A stretch of 64,000 nucleotides of DNA. It comes from Neophaeotheca triangularis. Lineage: Eukaryota. This document shows positions 33,936 through 45,860 of this stretch, piece after piece. The notes under the pieces were generated by a model, which did no database searches, was not told the origin of the DNA, and saw only the letters and a list, made by a program, of their open reading frames with translations. The stretch lies in assembly GCA_054600435.1 (NCBI GenBank), contig BAAIJX010000002.1, positions 744,001-808,000 of the forward strand, given 5' to 3'. Position 1 is the stretch's first letter; every line of letters begins with the position of its first letter. Made by a program: the position numbers and the translations under genes.

Positions 33936-35431
33936 TCAAAAAGGTGGTGTAGGTTTGGTGAGACCAAGGGTAGTCGGAGCGCTGACGTTCACGCAACGCG
34001 AGCGAGAGACCAGAGGAGTAACTTATCTCCAGCGATTGAAGAAAGGCTATCGAAAGGGTCTGCCCCGTGGAACGAACAGTTGAGGGTTGGAGTTTGATGA
34101 ATTGGAGAGACGACAGATTTGAAAATACTCAGTGGGACAATGTTGAAGGTCATAGGTCAACAGGTCCCGAGCTTCCTCTAGATGGCTGCCTGAGGAAGTA
34201 AAGGCGTCGACCAGAAGAGCTGCCGGTCTTTTCGCCATCTCCCGGGCGATTAATAGCATGGGAAAAGCAGAAGGAACGCCGAGAGAGCGGTCACCACCCA
34301 TGGCCGCGATAGCAATCCAGGGTCCGCGGTCCTGCGTTGGTTACGACATTTGCTTGTCGGGAGGCCCTAATATTCTGGGCTCTGTTCTCAGAAAGCTACG
34401 AACAATTTTCATTTTTGATGGGGGCCACAACTTAGAGAACTCCAACTCCGATGGCCTCGTGTTTAGCGACCAGAAGACCCAGGCGACGACCGGCCATCCC
34501 AGGACAGAGGTCTATAGACGCAACTACCCCCGACGAACAAGAAGGCCGCATTGCGTCGAAGGAGCCTGTGAAGGAAATGCGTTCCGGCTCTAGTATCATG
34601 TAAATTCTGCATGGGTGCGGCGCTTAGATTTATTCCGCGAATATACCCTAGGGCAGGATCCCAAGACACTGCTTAAAGGCGACGACCTGATTGGGTTTTT
34701 GAGCCAACAATCCATGAGATTTCTGCGGAGTCGAGCCTGTCCCACACGTCATATTTGCACGAGAGATTTTTGGAGTCGCTGAATATGTAGTACCCAGGGC
34801 ATGATGACAGTGCATCACATCCTTCACAGTCTCTACAGCGCACATGGGAAGGGCACCCAGGAGCTGCAAGCATGTTCTGTATAGTAAGGTCGGCTGATAT
34901 GCTGGCAAGATAGGTGTCAGCTTGGTCGCTCCTTTCTCTGCGCATGCCACCCGCATCCTCTATCCCAGAACTCTGGAATTCTCTTCGTCTCCCGCAAGCC
35001 AGGGGACCAGAAGCCTACTGCCTAGTACCGCTGTCGATCGAGGTTGCGTTGGGGAGCAAGCACCGATTGCAAGCAGCACACTGCCGCGGTGGACGTTAGC
35101 CGTCGAGTGAGTATGTTAGGCACTTCTCTTCTGCATCCTCCATCGCTTCCCCCGATTTGCGGAAACTTGCGGGCGAATATGGCTAAGGTAATATCAAAAA
35201 CTCGTTAGCAAGGAGAGAAATCCTTTTCACATCCAGTAGGCATTCCACTAATTCCGCAAAGACGTTAGATATTCTACCGTGGCAAACGGCGTTATCGAAA
35301 AGTGGCTCCAGGGCGCAGTTGATGAGCTTCGGCCAGAGGCGACTGCTGCACTCAGCAGTTGCTTCAGAAGTAATCATTCCCCCACGAGCAACAGTCCAAA
35401 TTGCAACGCCCTGGCCAACGCACAAGCTCGC

Positions 35432-36077
35432 CTAGACGGTTCTGCAGCACCAGCATGAAATCTTCCAGAACCGTGGCCTTCTAATCCGACCAAGCCATCT
35501 CGGCACAGAAATCCCGAGCAACTCCAACAAGTTCCGCATTGACGACCCCAAACCAATCAAACTCGCCAGGGTCACCAACACCTTGCCCGTCGAAGCCATC
35601 TTCCACAATCCCATCGACGAGGCTGATGCAAAGGTGATGCTCTAAACGGGTATCGGCCGAGCGCTTTGTCTTCGACGAGTACGTCGTCTTCACGTAGACC
35701 CCTATCGGATACCTTGACGCTCTGATGAAGAATACAGGGTGCCCAAGATGCCTGCCGAGCATTGGATGATGGTGGAAAGCCTCTTAGAAGGGGTCGAAGT
35801 GCTCGCATACGATTTCGAAACTCCCGTCGACTTTTCTGCTCGATGCGGAGGGTGGCGATGTTGCAGATTCCGCGCTTGTAGAGGAAGAGTGGTAGTAGCT
35901 CGGTTCGGGTTAGAGGGCAGGTTTGGCTGAGGGTTAGGGCGCTGGGGTTGCCATCTGGCTCGAATGGGGAGGTGACTTTTTCCTATGTGACCATTGCCGG
36001 AGGTCGTGGATTTGGAAAACTTGCTCGCAGAGGGGCTTGCAGAGTTCGGATGGCAGCTGTAGGAGTTCCAAAGTCAT
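35432..36077 (-). pseudogene. F-box-like family pseudogene (frameshifted)
   Basis: ATG 36077 gives MTLELLQLPSELCKPLCEQVFQIHD...ATPAP* (stop 35934-35936). The shifted frame continues DGNPSALTLSQTCPLTRTELLPLFLYKRG, the family's second motif. The 3' end is approximate. Confidence 0.6.
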
Positions 36078-36631
36078 AGTTGGATAGGACTATGGGGTTG
36101 ATCAGTGGACGGTCTTGTTTTAAACGTCAGCTGAACCAATGTAAGCGAACTTTACAATGTGTCAGATGTGGTTGTCACTATTTCGCTGTCGAATACGTTA
36201 AGCGATATAACGGATGCGAAATGCAACACGACAACTCTAAGCTGGCACGCTAGAAGCGTGGGTTGGAGTTCTTTTGCGAAGGAAATCGGTGTGAAACGTA
36301 TTCGAAGCTTTCTTCGTTGCAGGACTAATTACTGATTGCTACGGTCCGATGAGTGTGCCTTGTCTTTCACCACTACTCCTTGACTCGAATGGATAAGTCA
36401 AGAGGTCGATCTAGCATCTAGGGATGTGAGCTTCCTAAAGGAGTGATGACATGCGTCTGCAAGCTTTCGAGGCTACAACATTAGCAAGGTACGGAGTAAA
36501 TATCCTGGTCGCGATGCAGCGACTCACCAACTTGCCGAGCGCACCCAATGCAGTAGCTCTTCAATCAAGACCACGCGTTTTCGAGGCTCTTTTGCCTTGA
36601 GAATGTCCAAGTATCTTTGTGCAGAGCACTC

Positions 36632-37347
36632 TTACGCTTGTCCAGTAAGGGCGTACCAGCTTTTGAGCAGATTGATCCCTCCATAATTTAGGTGCTTCCT
36701 CATCAACTCCTTGCAGTCTACCAGAGAAGTACAGTCTTCGCTCTCGGTATCGATTTCATCCAGCACGTCTTGGACCACCTCTTGGACATCGCACTTGCTT
36801 GGGTATTCCTGCGTAAAACGCGAAAGAAATTCATCAGAGGTCTCAACCTTTTTCCCAGCGAAATTCAAGTCGAGATCGTAGCTGGAAAACGGTCTTCCCT
36901 CGCGGCAAACGTTCGGCTTCATGATAGCGACCTTCATTCTCACGTCGGTCAAGAACTTCAAGTAGGTCGGCCCAAGGCCCGAGAGCATGATCACGTCGAA
37001 AGTGTCCGGCTTCCACACAGGATTAAGGTACCAATCCCAGCACGAATTGATCAGCAGTGGTGCCGGCCGTACTGTGAGCTTGGAGAGAAACATGGGAAGA
37101 ATTTCAACCCTCGTCTTACGGCTGACATGAGCAAGGTTCGGGAACGCGGGGCCTCGCCCTCCGTCGAATCTGGACAAGTAGAAGCCGCAACTGCAGCTGT
37201 CTTCGATCACGAGTTCGTAGATTGGGTTGCGCAGCTCAGGGGGCAAGGCGAGGAGCCTCGATTCGGGCAGTTCGGAGTCTTGGGCCGGACGCGAAATTAG
37301 TCTGGTTCTGAGGGCAATACTATGAATTCCTGCTTACTCGTCGGCAT
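36632..37347 (-). CDS. Hypothetical protein with F-box-like N-terminal motif; exons 37347-37338, 37278-36632
   Basis: Intron 37337-37279 (GTAAGC...GACTAAT...AAG) joins ATGCCGACGA to give MPTNSELPESRLLALPPELRNPIYELVIED...PNLAHVSRKTRVEILPMFLSK. Confidence 0.75.
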
Positions 37348-38829
37348 GTTGTAGATCGGAGTTGAGTTTCTAGGTAGGGCTCTGAACGGTTGTCGAGGGC
37401 GCGTTTCACTTGTCGCAGGTATCGGGGATATCTTCTTAGTCGACGTCAAGAAGATTGCAGCCGAGGGACGCCTCCAGGCGTCAAAAGCGTAGGTTGAAGT
37501 GGTTGAAAGGAGGGAACAGAGAGGGAGTAGAAGGTGACCGGGTACTATGAGGAGCAAGGTGTGATGACTGAAGTGAAGTCAGCCCGGCATTCAGCATTCA
37601 CAACTGCTAGCGCAAGGTCACACGCACTCTTTCGTGACCGGTCGAATGAATGCGGCAGCTCACGACTGCTGAAGGAGAGTGGAGTGTGCGGATGGTGTCA
37701 AGCCGCCTTATGTGCGGAGCGAGTAGATCTATGAATGGAGCCAGCGATCGGTGGATTGAGACCAGCGTTTGGAAGAACACTTACCCTTGGCTCGACCTGA
37801 TGAGAGGGTTCCAAAGATGCACCCGGGTGAAGTCGCAGCAGGTAGTCGGATAGAGAGTCAAGTGGCGAAGGGTCAAATCGATAGATGTCGTGTGGAAGTA
37901 AATTTCCAACGCCTGAGCTCCCACTCTGATAGATCGAGGTGGATGAAGGGTCACGAGCCCGGTGTCTAGTAAAGTCGTGATTCATTCACTTCACAAGCGG
38001 GCATGACGTACCAATCACGTGGCCACTCAGGGGTTTGGCATGTCCAAGGCGAGCCAGCAGTGTAGGGTCTACATCTATAGATGCTGCAGAGTACACACCG
38101 CAGCTGAATGGGTACCCAGCAAGCCCAACGACTCCATGACCTCCCCTGGTACATCGAAAGTGCGCAACAGGGTAGGAAGCCGTTTGCTAAGGGAGGGAAA
38201 CCGGAAGATGGCCCTCGCCGATTACATCGCACCTACAGCTCCATGCCATCAGCCTCCATTGTCATCAACAGAATCGCTCAAGCGCCCGGCTCCAGCAAGC
38301 ACACCAGACATCTTCTCGACGGTAACGGCATTGCAACTCGAGCAAAGGCTGCCGAAGAAACACGTCTCCGGCCTGCTTGGCCGATTTGCAAGCAAGCCCA
38401 TGGCTGAAGGCTATCGTCGGGGCGAAAGCTGCACAGAATCAGAGCTATCGTCCTCGAAAAAAATTGGGTACTATCTGCCCCCGAAACCCCTGCTCTACCA
38501 AAGCGAAGAAAAGCAGAAGAGTGGCCCATATCGTTCTTTTCCATCCGCCGACTCTTGACCCCCGGAGTCCTCTACAGCATCATCGTGGTCTGCAGCTCGC
38601 GTCTGAAGGTCGGGGAAATGGGTGTTTCCCCGCCACGTCCATCGACATCTCCCAATGCAAAAGCCCCTGCGATTCCCCCTAGCAAGTCCCGCCTGCTCCA
38701 CGTCTTGAGCCCACTTCTCCAACCACCCCTCACCTTCTTTTCGAGCCTGCCCAGTGAGCTCCTACCACCTCTGCAGCGGGTACTCGACGCAGCACTTCTG
38801 ACTGAGGCGCTGCCCACTCCTCTCCCTAA

Positions 38830-39487
38830 CACGGACAGACGACATTACACCACCAACCTCCCACTCCAGCTCCGTAAGACCTCCAAAATCTGCTTGTTAT
38901 CCAGCCCACCAGCAGACCCATCCTGAGCATCCTTTTCCTCCGGCGGGTACCAAATATCGCACGGACACCATTTAAAAACCTTGAGCTACTTTCCCTTCAA
39001 CACGGCCGCCGTCCTGCCGGCGACATCGAGAGTGACTAAACGTGGGCAATGCACCTCCCACCATCCCCGATGTTTGAAGTTCTCGTCGAAGCCGACGCAG
39101 AAGGAGGAACGGAAAGTGTGTTTGATCGCCGAGGGGTTGCCGAAACCGAGCAACTTCAAGGCGGGGCAGTAATCCCACTCCCAATCTCCGACAACGCCCT
39201 CGCGGAAGATGTTGAAGTTGAGGTCTTTGAGAGGAAGATGTCGAGATTGTGGATGAGAAGTGGTGTGGTTTCGCGCCTGGGTTGCGACGAAGCTTGCATC
39301 GCTCCGGGGATCCCGGGTCTCAAGTTGAAGCAGATATGGTTCGAGCAGATTCTGGCATGGTAGTCGTTCGAAGAGCCATGGATTTGGTCACGCTCGTAGT
39401 TCTCATCAGTTCTTCATCTTGGACACAAGGAATAGCCATGCCGAGAATGACGTTGCCTATCTCAGGCGGGAGATAGAGTAGCCTCGA
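38830..39487 (-). pseudogene. F-box-like family pseudogene (frameshifts and stops, start codon not found)
   Basis: SRLLYLPPEIGNVILGMAIP starts at 39487. After a frameshift the sequence reads RPGIPGAMQASSQPRRETTPLLIHNLDIF (second family motif), followed by further disruptions. Boundaries are approximate. Confidence 0.6.
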
Positions 39488-39730
39488 AAATCCTAGTCAG
39501 GCAAAATTCTCGAGCGTCTTTCAAACCAGCACTGTCTCAAGAAGCCCAGCAGACCCAGAACCCAACCCACCAAACCTTGATTCCCCAAGGCCGGCACATA
39601 CAAGCCAGCCAGGAAAAAAAAAGGCGAACCCACAAGACCTAGAACCCGGGCTCGCTGAGATTTTCAAGAGCCAGCCAGTTCACAACAACCCAACAAACGA
39701 CGATCACAAGCACCATCGCCGCACCTACCC

Positions 39731-41542
39731 TCACGCAACACCAACCCCATCAGCTCCTCTCCTCTTCAAAAACCCTCGAACGCCGACGCCTATAACAGCA
39801 ACCCCGAGCATGGCATTGAAACCCGCAAGCATGAAGAACGGCGCTCCCTCGCTCGCGCGATCAAATAGCACGCCCCCGAGCTTCGTGAGAAGCAAGATCC
39901 CCGCCCCACCGGCTAAACTGTAGAAACCTGCTATGCTGCCTTTGAGGTGGGAACGGTCCTGTCGATTAGTATTGGTAGTGGCGGTGGAAGAGGAGAGGAG
40001 GGGTGCAGTTTCCTGGTTGCCAATCTCAGGGGCGGGAGTTGCGGTGAGGGTGTCTGCGGTACGCGGGCGTGCGAGGTCGGAAGTGGGGTGGTCGCTGTGG
40101 TTGTTGATGCCCCGGCTGAGGAGCGCGAGGGAGCGGACGATGGCACCGATTTGGGATATGCCCATTAGGATGACTGCAAGCAGGGCCCAGGGCCCGCTGT
40201 CGCCGTGGAAAGCGTCGGGGTTTTTGAGGAAGCCGAAGCAGATGTTGCCAGCGACGCCTACGAGAGCGGAAGTTAGCAGGGGCCATTCGCTGCGGCCGTG
40301 GGCGACTTTGCCGCCGAGGAAGCCGAAGAGAGGTGCGCAGATTAGGGCCGCGGTTTGCGAGATTCCGGTCAGGGCTGCGGCTAACTTGTAAGCGTCGCGG
40401 CAGTGGGTCTTGATGTCCGGGAGGTTTTCGCCAGGGGCAGAGGTGCACAGGCCGGTGCGGATGAAGTAGGCGTTGACGAAGAGGGGGATAAAGAGGGAGA
40501 TGCCGACGGAGGAGGCGCGGGCAACGAAGCCGCCGAGGTAGCCGAGACCGATGCGGGAGTCGGTGATGGCGAGCTTGAAGGAGTCGCTGAGGAGGGATGT
40601 GTAGGGAGGTGTAGTTTGGACCGCTTTGTCTGAAGAAGTCTGGGTGGTGTTGTGAGAGGGTTTGAAGAGCGCGGAGAGGGATTTGCCTTCTTCGCCAGGG
40701 AGACCACGGAGACCGATGCTGATGAAGATGGCGACGCAGATGGCGACTGCGCCTACGGTGTAAAAGCTCGTTCGGACGCTCTGGGCAGGACTTTGGCCGT
40801 CCTCTTGGAACCGCGCAGGTAGTGGTAAAAACACAGCCAGTGCAAGTAAGGCGCCCAAACCCGTAAACATGCCTACAAAACCCGCCAGCTGCGATGTACC
40901 GGCACTATCCTCACTCTTTCCTCCCTTCAACTGGTCCTCCCCCATTGCACTAGCCCTCCGACTCCTCGAGCGCGAAGTAAACCTCGTGGGCGTAATAGTA
41001 AGCTCACTACTCACACTAGGCGTAGCACAATGCCCCCGACTGCGATCCCTAACCGGCCTGTCCTCCTCCTCAACCTCCCTCCCATCATCACCACCACCAT
41101 ACCCTCCCCCCAAATCCACCTCCCTCCTCTTAGCAACCATAGCCGGCAAAGCAGCCGTAACCATAGTACTACACGCGGCGCCACCCAAACTAAACCCCAA
41201 CCTGCCCACCAACAAGTCGGGAAAAACAGTCCGGCTCTGCACCAGCGCGACCAGGCTGAGACCCACGATGCAGTACCCCATGACCGCTACGGCGCGGACA
41301 CCGATGCGGTCGCTCAGCAGTCCCCATAGAGGGCAAGCGACTAGAGCGAGCAGCTCGTCGGCGAAGCCCAAGGTACCGACTGCGTTGCCAACAGCGGTGG
41401 TACGGCCGATGACGTCGGTGACGACGAAGCTGATGCTGCTGTTGAGGAAGACGAGGAAGGCGATGCTGAAGAGGGCGATGCCGAGGAGGTAGGAGGTTGC
41501 TTGGAGGCGTGTGGCCGTGAGGGTTGGGAGGAGGCGTGGCAT
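39731..41542 (-). CDS. Major facilitator superfamily transporter
   Basis: 603-aa ORF with about 12 hydrophobic segments in two halves, MFS motif A LWGLLSDRIGVRAV, LLVGRLGFSLGG and LGGVLFDR. Confidence 0.88.
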   Translation of the reverse strand: MPRLLPTLTATRLQATSYLLGIALFSIAFLVFLNSSISFVVTDVIGRTTAVGNAVGTLGFADELLALVACPLWGLLSDRIGVRAVAVMGYCIVGLSLVALVQSRTVFPDLLVGRLGFSLGGAACSTMVTAALPAMVAKRREVDLGGGYGGGDDGREVEEEDRPVRDRSRGHCATPSVSSELTITPTRFTSRSRSRRASAMGEDQLKGGKSEDSAGTSQLAGFVGMFTGLGALLALAVFLPLPARFQEDGQSPAQSVRTSFYTVGAVAICVAIFISIGLRGLPGEEGKSLSALFKPSHNTTQTSSDKAVQTTPPYTSLLSDSFKLAITDSRIGLGYLGGFVARASSVGISLFIPLFVNAYFIRTGLCTSAPGENLPDIKTHCRDAYKLAAALTGISQTAALICAPLFGFLGGKVAHGRSEWPLLTSALVGVAGNICFGFLKNPDAFHGDSGPWALLAVILMGISQIGAIVRSLALLSRGINNHSDHPTSDLARPRTADTLTATPAPEIGNQETAPLLSSSTATTNTNRQDRSHLKGSIAGFYSLAGGAGILLLTKLGGVLFDRASEGAPFFMLAGFNAMLGVAVIGVGVRGFLKRRGADGVGVA

Positions 41543-44500
41543 TGTTGTGGTAGTGGTGGTGATGGATGTCTGCTCGTTTCTCGGCCGGGTTGGTGGTTGT
41601 TGTCGGGTTTCAAAATGGGTGTAATGGCATGGCTGTGGGCGTTACCGGGTTTGCGTTCGCTCCTATCGTTGAATCCGGTGCATGGTGTTGACAGTTAGGT
41701 ACTGTATTTGCAGTTGTCTAGAAGTTGAACGTGAGATTATCCTCCGCCTCATCTTGAGCTGGACGGAAGCTCGGCCTGATCTCCGAGGTCCTGTAGACCC
41801 TGCCATGCCTGCTTACACACCAAGTTGGGACAAACAAGTCTTTCTCGTGACCCCGCGTGACTTTTGGACTCCTTCTCACCAGACAGAATCAACGTAAAGA
41901 GGCACGATGCTACGAATCTCGTAGATCGATGAACGAAACCAAGGCGGCTGCTAATGATAAAAAAAAAGAAAAACATACACCCTCGATCTCACGGCTCATT
42001 TTATTTCCACCTTGACACCCTAAACACAAGATTACAAACCCAAGACGGACAATGCCCTGCTAGATACCCTCCAAGGCTGGGTCCATGCAAGCAATTGCAT
42101 CCGTATACAGACAGTCCACAAGGACCACTCCCGGACGTGGCGGAAATGCCTATCCCCCAATCTCAACAGCGCAAGGGAGCTGCACCAACCCGCACCCTAC
42201 CGAAAAACAAGGGGGCAAGAAAGGGATGACTGCCGCAGCCTTGATGCGGAATCTGCTAGTATCAACGGGACAAAGTTAAGATTCTGCTGATTCTTAGCGT
42301 GAGAGGCGATTGTCAGTTGAAGACCAAGAGAGCAAGGGGAGGTATGATCATAATACTAGTGCAGGGGCCGAGGGCAGTGGGCAGGCCGCGGGATATCGCG
42401 AGAGAGTCTGCAGACTGCAGGATAGGGTTAGATCGTCGCTCTGTAGCAGCTCGAAAACTGATACTCTTAGCCGTGGCTTAGATACACCCTCGCTTAGTAA
42501 AATCGGGTAAATGCGAGCTTCTCACGAAGTGTTCCTCGATCCAGCATCTAGAACCGCCAAAAAAAACCAGCCCCAAACCAGCTCCTTAACCAGCGATACC
42601 CCAAATTGACCGCGAAGCCCTTGTGAAACAGAATGCGGCAGCCCTCTTCATCATCCATCTACCAAGCTCATCATGGGCTGACGCCCGCCCGGGTCCCTAC
42701 AGTAATCGACGCCAGGAACACCACAGGCCGCAGGATGCAGAGCTCAATCAGACCACCCAGCCTCAGTCGCGCCCGAAACGAACGAGCGAGGTCCAGACGC
42801 CCAGTCGCCAAACCGTGGCGCAGTCCCTGTACTCTGTTCCAGCCAGGGCGGTTTGGGCTCACGCGCGTAGTAAACGGGAAAGCGGCGACATCGCGCCGGC
42901 AATGTCACAATGGCCGGCGACTTGAATTGATATCGAGAGGCTCGCGGAAGGTTGACCGTTCTCGGGCTTTCGCATTGCACGTTCCGCGCCGTCAAGGTCC
43001 GCTAAAACGGCAGGCCAGGGGTTCGCACGTTGGGTGACAGCGGCGCGCGGGAAGCATGGCTTACGCCAGCAAGCAGGGGGTCTTCAACGAGGTGCACACA
43101 GCCATAGACAGCCTGGAGCAATCTGCGCCTTCAAAGTGCCAGATGTTCATGTCCAACGACTAGGCAGACAGTTTCGCTGCTTACTGTCTCTGTCCAACTA
43201 GCCTCGAAGTCGGAGAGCTACAAAAAGCCCGGTCTAGGCCTTTGGAGCTGTCTACTATCTAGGTCCAAGTCTTGTCCCGACTTCCCGGTTGCAGAAACGT
43301 GCCCCGCGCGATTGGCTGCAGTGGCTTGCATGGATTTTCGTAAAGTAGGGATTGTTCAAAACCCCCCCGGGCCACTTTCTTGATTCCAAGGTTCCAGGTT
43401 GTTTCTTGGGATAAAGCCATGGCGGGGTATGGTGGAAGCGGGGTGGAGCTTGTATGGGAGGTTCCGGGCTAGGCATTGTGAGGAGTGAAGAGTTGTGGTG
43501 ATGATTGGAAGGACTGCGGGAAGGGGATTTCGCATTTCTCCTACCTCGATGGAATCTTGCGTGAGAGAAGCTGAACGGCGCTGAGAAAACTAACTTACCG
43601 AGCTACCTTACCTTGCTTGCTTACCTGCCTGTTTGCCGTCCTATCCAGGTCACCGTCCACGTACGACCTGTGTGTGTAGATTGGCTTTTGTGTTGCCTGA
43701 TCATGAAAAGCTACACGGAAGCGCGGCCATCAGCTGATGCAGTGAGCTGCTCACCAAGCAAGCTGGCTGCTGCGCTTGCGACACGCACGCATGCAAGGAC
43801 GTGGTACGACACAGTCAGGCCGGCTTTATCGGAGTCGTTGGTGCCGCCATCAAGCCACCGTTAGCTTATTTAGAGAGTCGGTATCGCGGAGATAAAGAGA
43901 ACATGAAGTCGTCTGCCTGGTACTTCTTGACGGCGGTAACGCCAGGGAAGTAGTCGTACGAACGGCAGCACGACCGTCGAAAAGCCGGTCAGCCGGCCAT
44001 CGGAGATGGCGTTGTATCTCCTCGCAGTAATGTAGTAGTGGTGACTGTTGTACCTCCTAGCTTGCGGCGCCGACGATGCAAAAGCTGTTAGTTGGTGTCT
44101 GCAGGCTTGGGGACAAAGAGCTCAAAAGAAGTTTGAAGTTCATCACGGGTAGACGGTTGGCATCAGCTTGGAGAGGTGTCTGGTATGTGTCGTCTTAAGG
44201 TTGGCAGAAGGATGATGACGAACCATGAGAGATCGGAGATGGCGCCGTTACATACAGTAGGTCGTTGATATTTGCCAGTTGGTGCGTCCGCGAAGGTTTC
44301 TTTGTCGAGGTAGTGTTGGCCTTGTCAGGCAAGACGAGCAAATGAGGAGATCTAGAGATCTAACAAGTAACTTGGTGAGATCTGGCGATTGAAGCGTGGC
44401 CATGAAACAAGCACGCGTATACACACTAGGCTTAGGTTTGTCATGATGGACCGAGTGAGAGCAAAACGTCCATCACTGTGAATGCCCAGGTGGGATCGGG

Positions 44501-45305
44501 AGATGGTTGTTTTCTGCTCGTCTCGATCAGAGATGCAGGCGTGAAATAGTGGGGAGTGTGGCTCAAAAATAAAGCCGAGTGAGAAGCAGAAGAGGTGGGA
44601 TTGAGGCTGGAGCCAATCAAAATATCCATGGATCACAGCCCGGCCTCAAATCAGCGATCTAGGCGGTGCAGGATCGGACATCGAGGAGTGGCACCGCCGA
44701 GCAGATGTTTTCGGTGTTGAGTCTAGAACTCCATCCACACTTCCCTTTTACCTCCCAAGCCCTGCGCCATCGCGATCTGACATGCAGAAAGTGGCGGTGG
44801 TGGTAACGGTAACGGTAACGATTACTACTCACGTCGCAATGGAGGTCAATAATAAGGTTGTGGCAGAGTCGCACTCGCGTCGGCCTTGTCGGTGCCTGTA
44901 GCGGTGCAGCCTGTACTAGAATGCCTAGGGGAGGGGTGGTAGTACCTGGTCTGGTCTGCGACTGCTAGGCTTCCGCTTTTACCAATCTTCGATGTAGCTG
45001 AGTCTACTCACCACGATCTCGATGCTGTGCTGTGTCTGCCTAACCTACGCCCATCCATTACTACTTTACCATTCCCACATCCGCTCGCTCTTCGTCCTTC
45101 CTTTTCAATCTTTTTGTTCTCTATTCACCATCAACTTAACGACACTCAATCACATATTACTACTACCAATCAAACAACCTGATACATTCCTCTGTCTCGG
45201 GTCGTCGACGCCAAACACCCGACTTGCTCCTACTAAGCAACACCCACACCTGTTAATACATATCACCACCCGACTCCAACTTATGTCTACTGCCTTTCTG
45301 CAGTA

Positions 45306-45860
45306 ATGCCCTTCGACGCCATCCGAGGCCAACTACGACAACAGTCCAACACAACGACAGCAACAACATTGCCCTGCTACTTCTCCATCAACCCAACACC
45401 CTACGCCAACGACTACACCAACCACTACTCCTACGAAACTCCCTGCTCCTCACCTACCCTGAGCAGTGCAAGCTTCGACACACCCTCAGATCCATACAAC
45501 CCACTCCTGGCTTACCGCCAAAACCGACCAACGTCGCCCAGCATGTCTTCCTCTCCCATGCAACTCCAAACTGCCGCCTCGCACGGCGCTCACCCTTCTC
45601 GTCCAAGCCCGCAACCTGTACAAAACGTCTTGCACGTCACCTCCGATGACTCGGCAACATCATCTTCCTCTTCCGAAGATGACAGCATCTCTTCCTACGA
45701 CCCAATGCAGAGCTACAGCTGCCTATCGACGGCGAGGTGCTCGCGCTGCCAACGCACTGGAAGTCTGGACCCGCAGACCGGCAATTCGAATATGCTGCAG
45801 TATGGCTTGAACCTCTGGTACTGCACACGGTGCGCAGGCATTGTTGGATTTCGCCGTTAA
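45306..45860 (+). CDS. Small Ser/Pro-rich protein with C-terminal CxxC...CxxC motif
   Basis: 184-aa ORF. The C-terminus ARCSRCQRTGSLDPQTGNSNMLQYGLNLWYCTRCAGIVG resembles a zinc ribbon. It is preceded by a C/T-rich leader. Confidence 0.7.
   Translation: MPFDAIRGQLRQQSNTTTATTLPCYFSINPTPYANDYTNHYSYETPCSSPTLSSASFDTPSDPYNPLLAYRQNRPTSPSMSSSPMQLQTAASHGAHPSRPSPQPVQNVLHVTSDDSATSSSSSEDDSISSYDPMQSYSCLSTARCSRCQRTGSLDPQTGNSNMLQYGLNLWYCTRCAGIVGFRR

Noticed and set aside
33158..33967. 269-aa minus-strand ORF
   Set aside because: Non-ATG start and Ser/Pro-rich off-frame reading. The family motifs lie in a different frame on the same strand (the pseudogene).
34648..34956. QPTLLYRTCLQLLGALPM, resembling motif 2 of the F-box-like family (a possible sixth relic)
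   Set aside because: No motif 1 was found upstream, and the resemblance could be chance.
37550..38558. Overlapping plus-strand ORFs (up to 179 aa)
   Set aside because: No recognisable motifs, splice structure or codon bias. It could be an eroded gene but cannot be supported.
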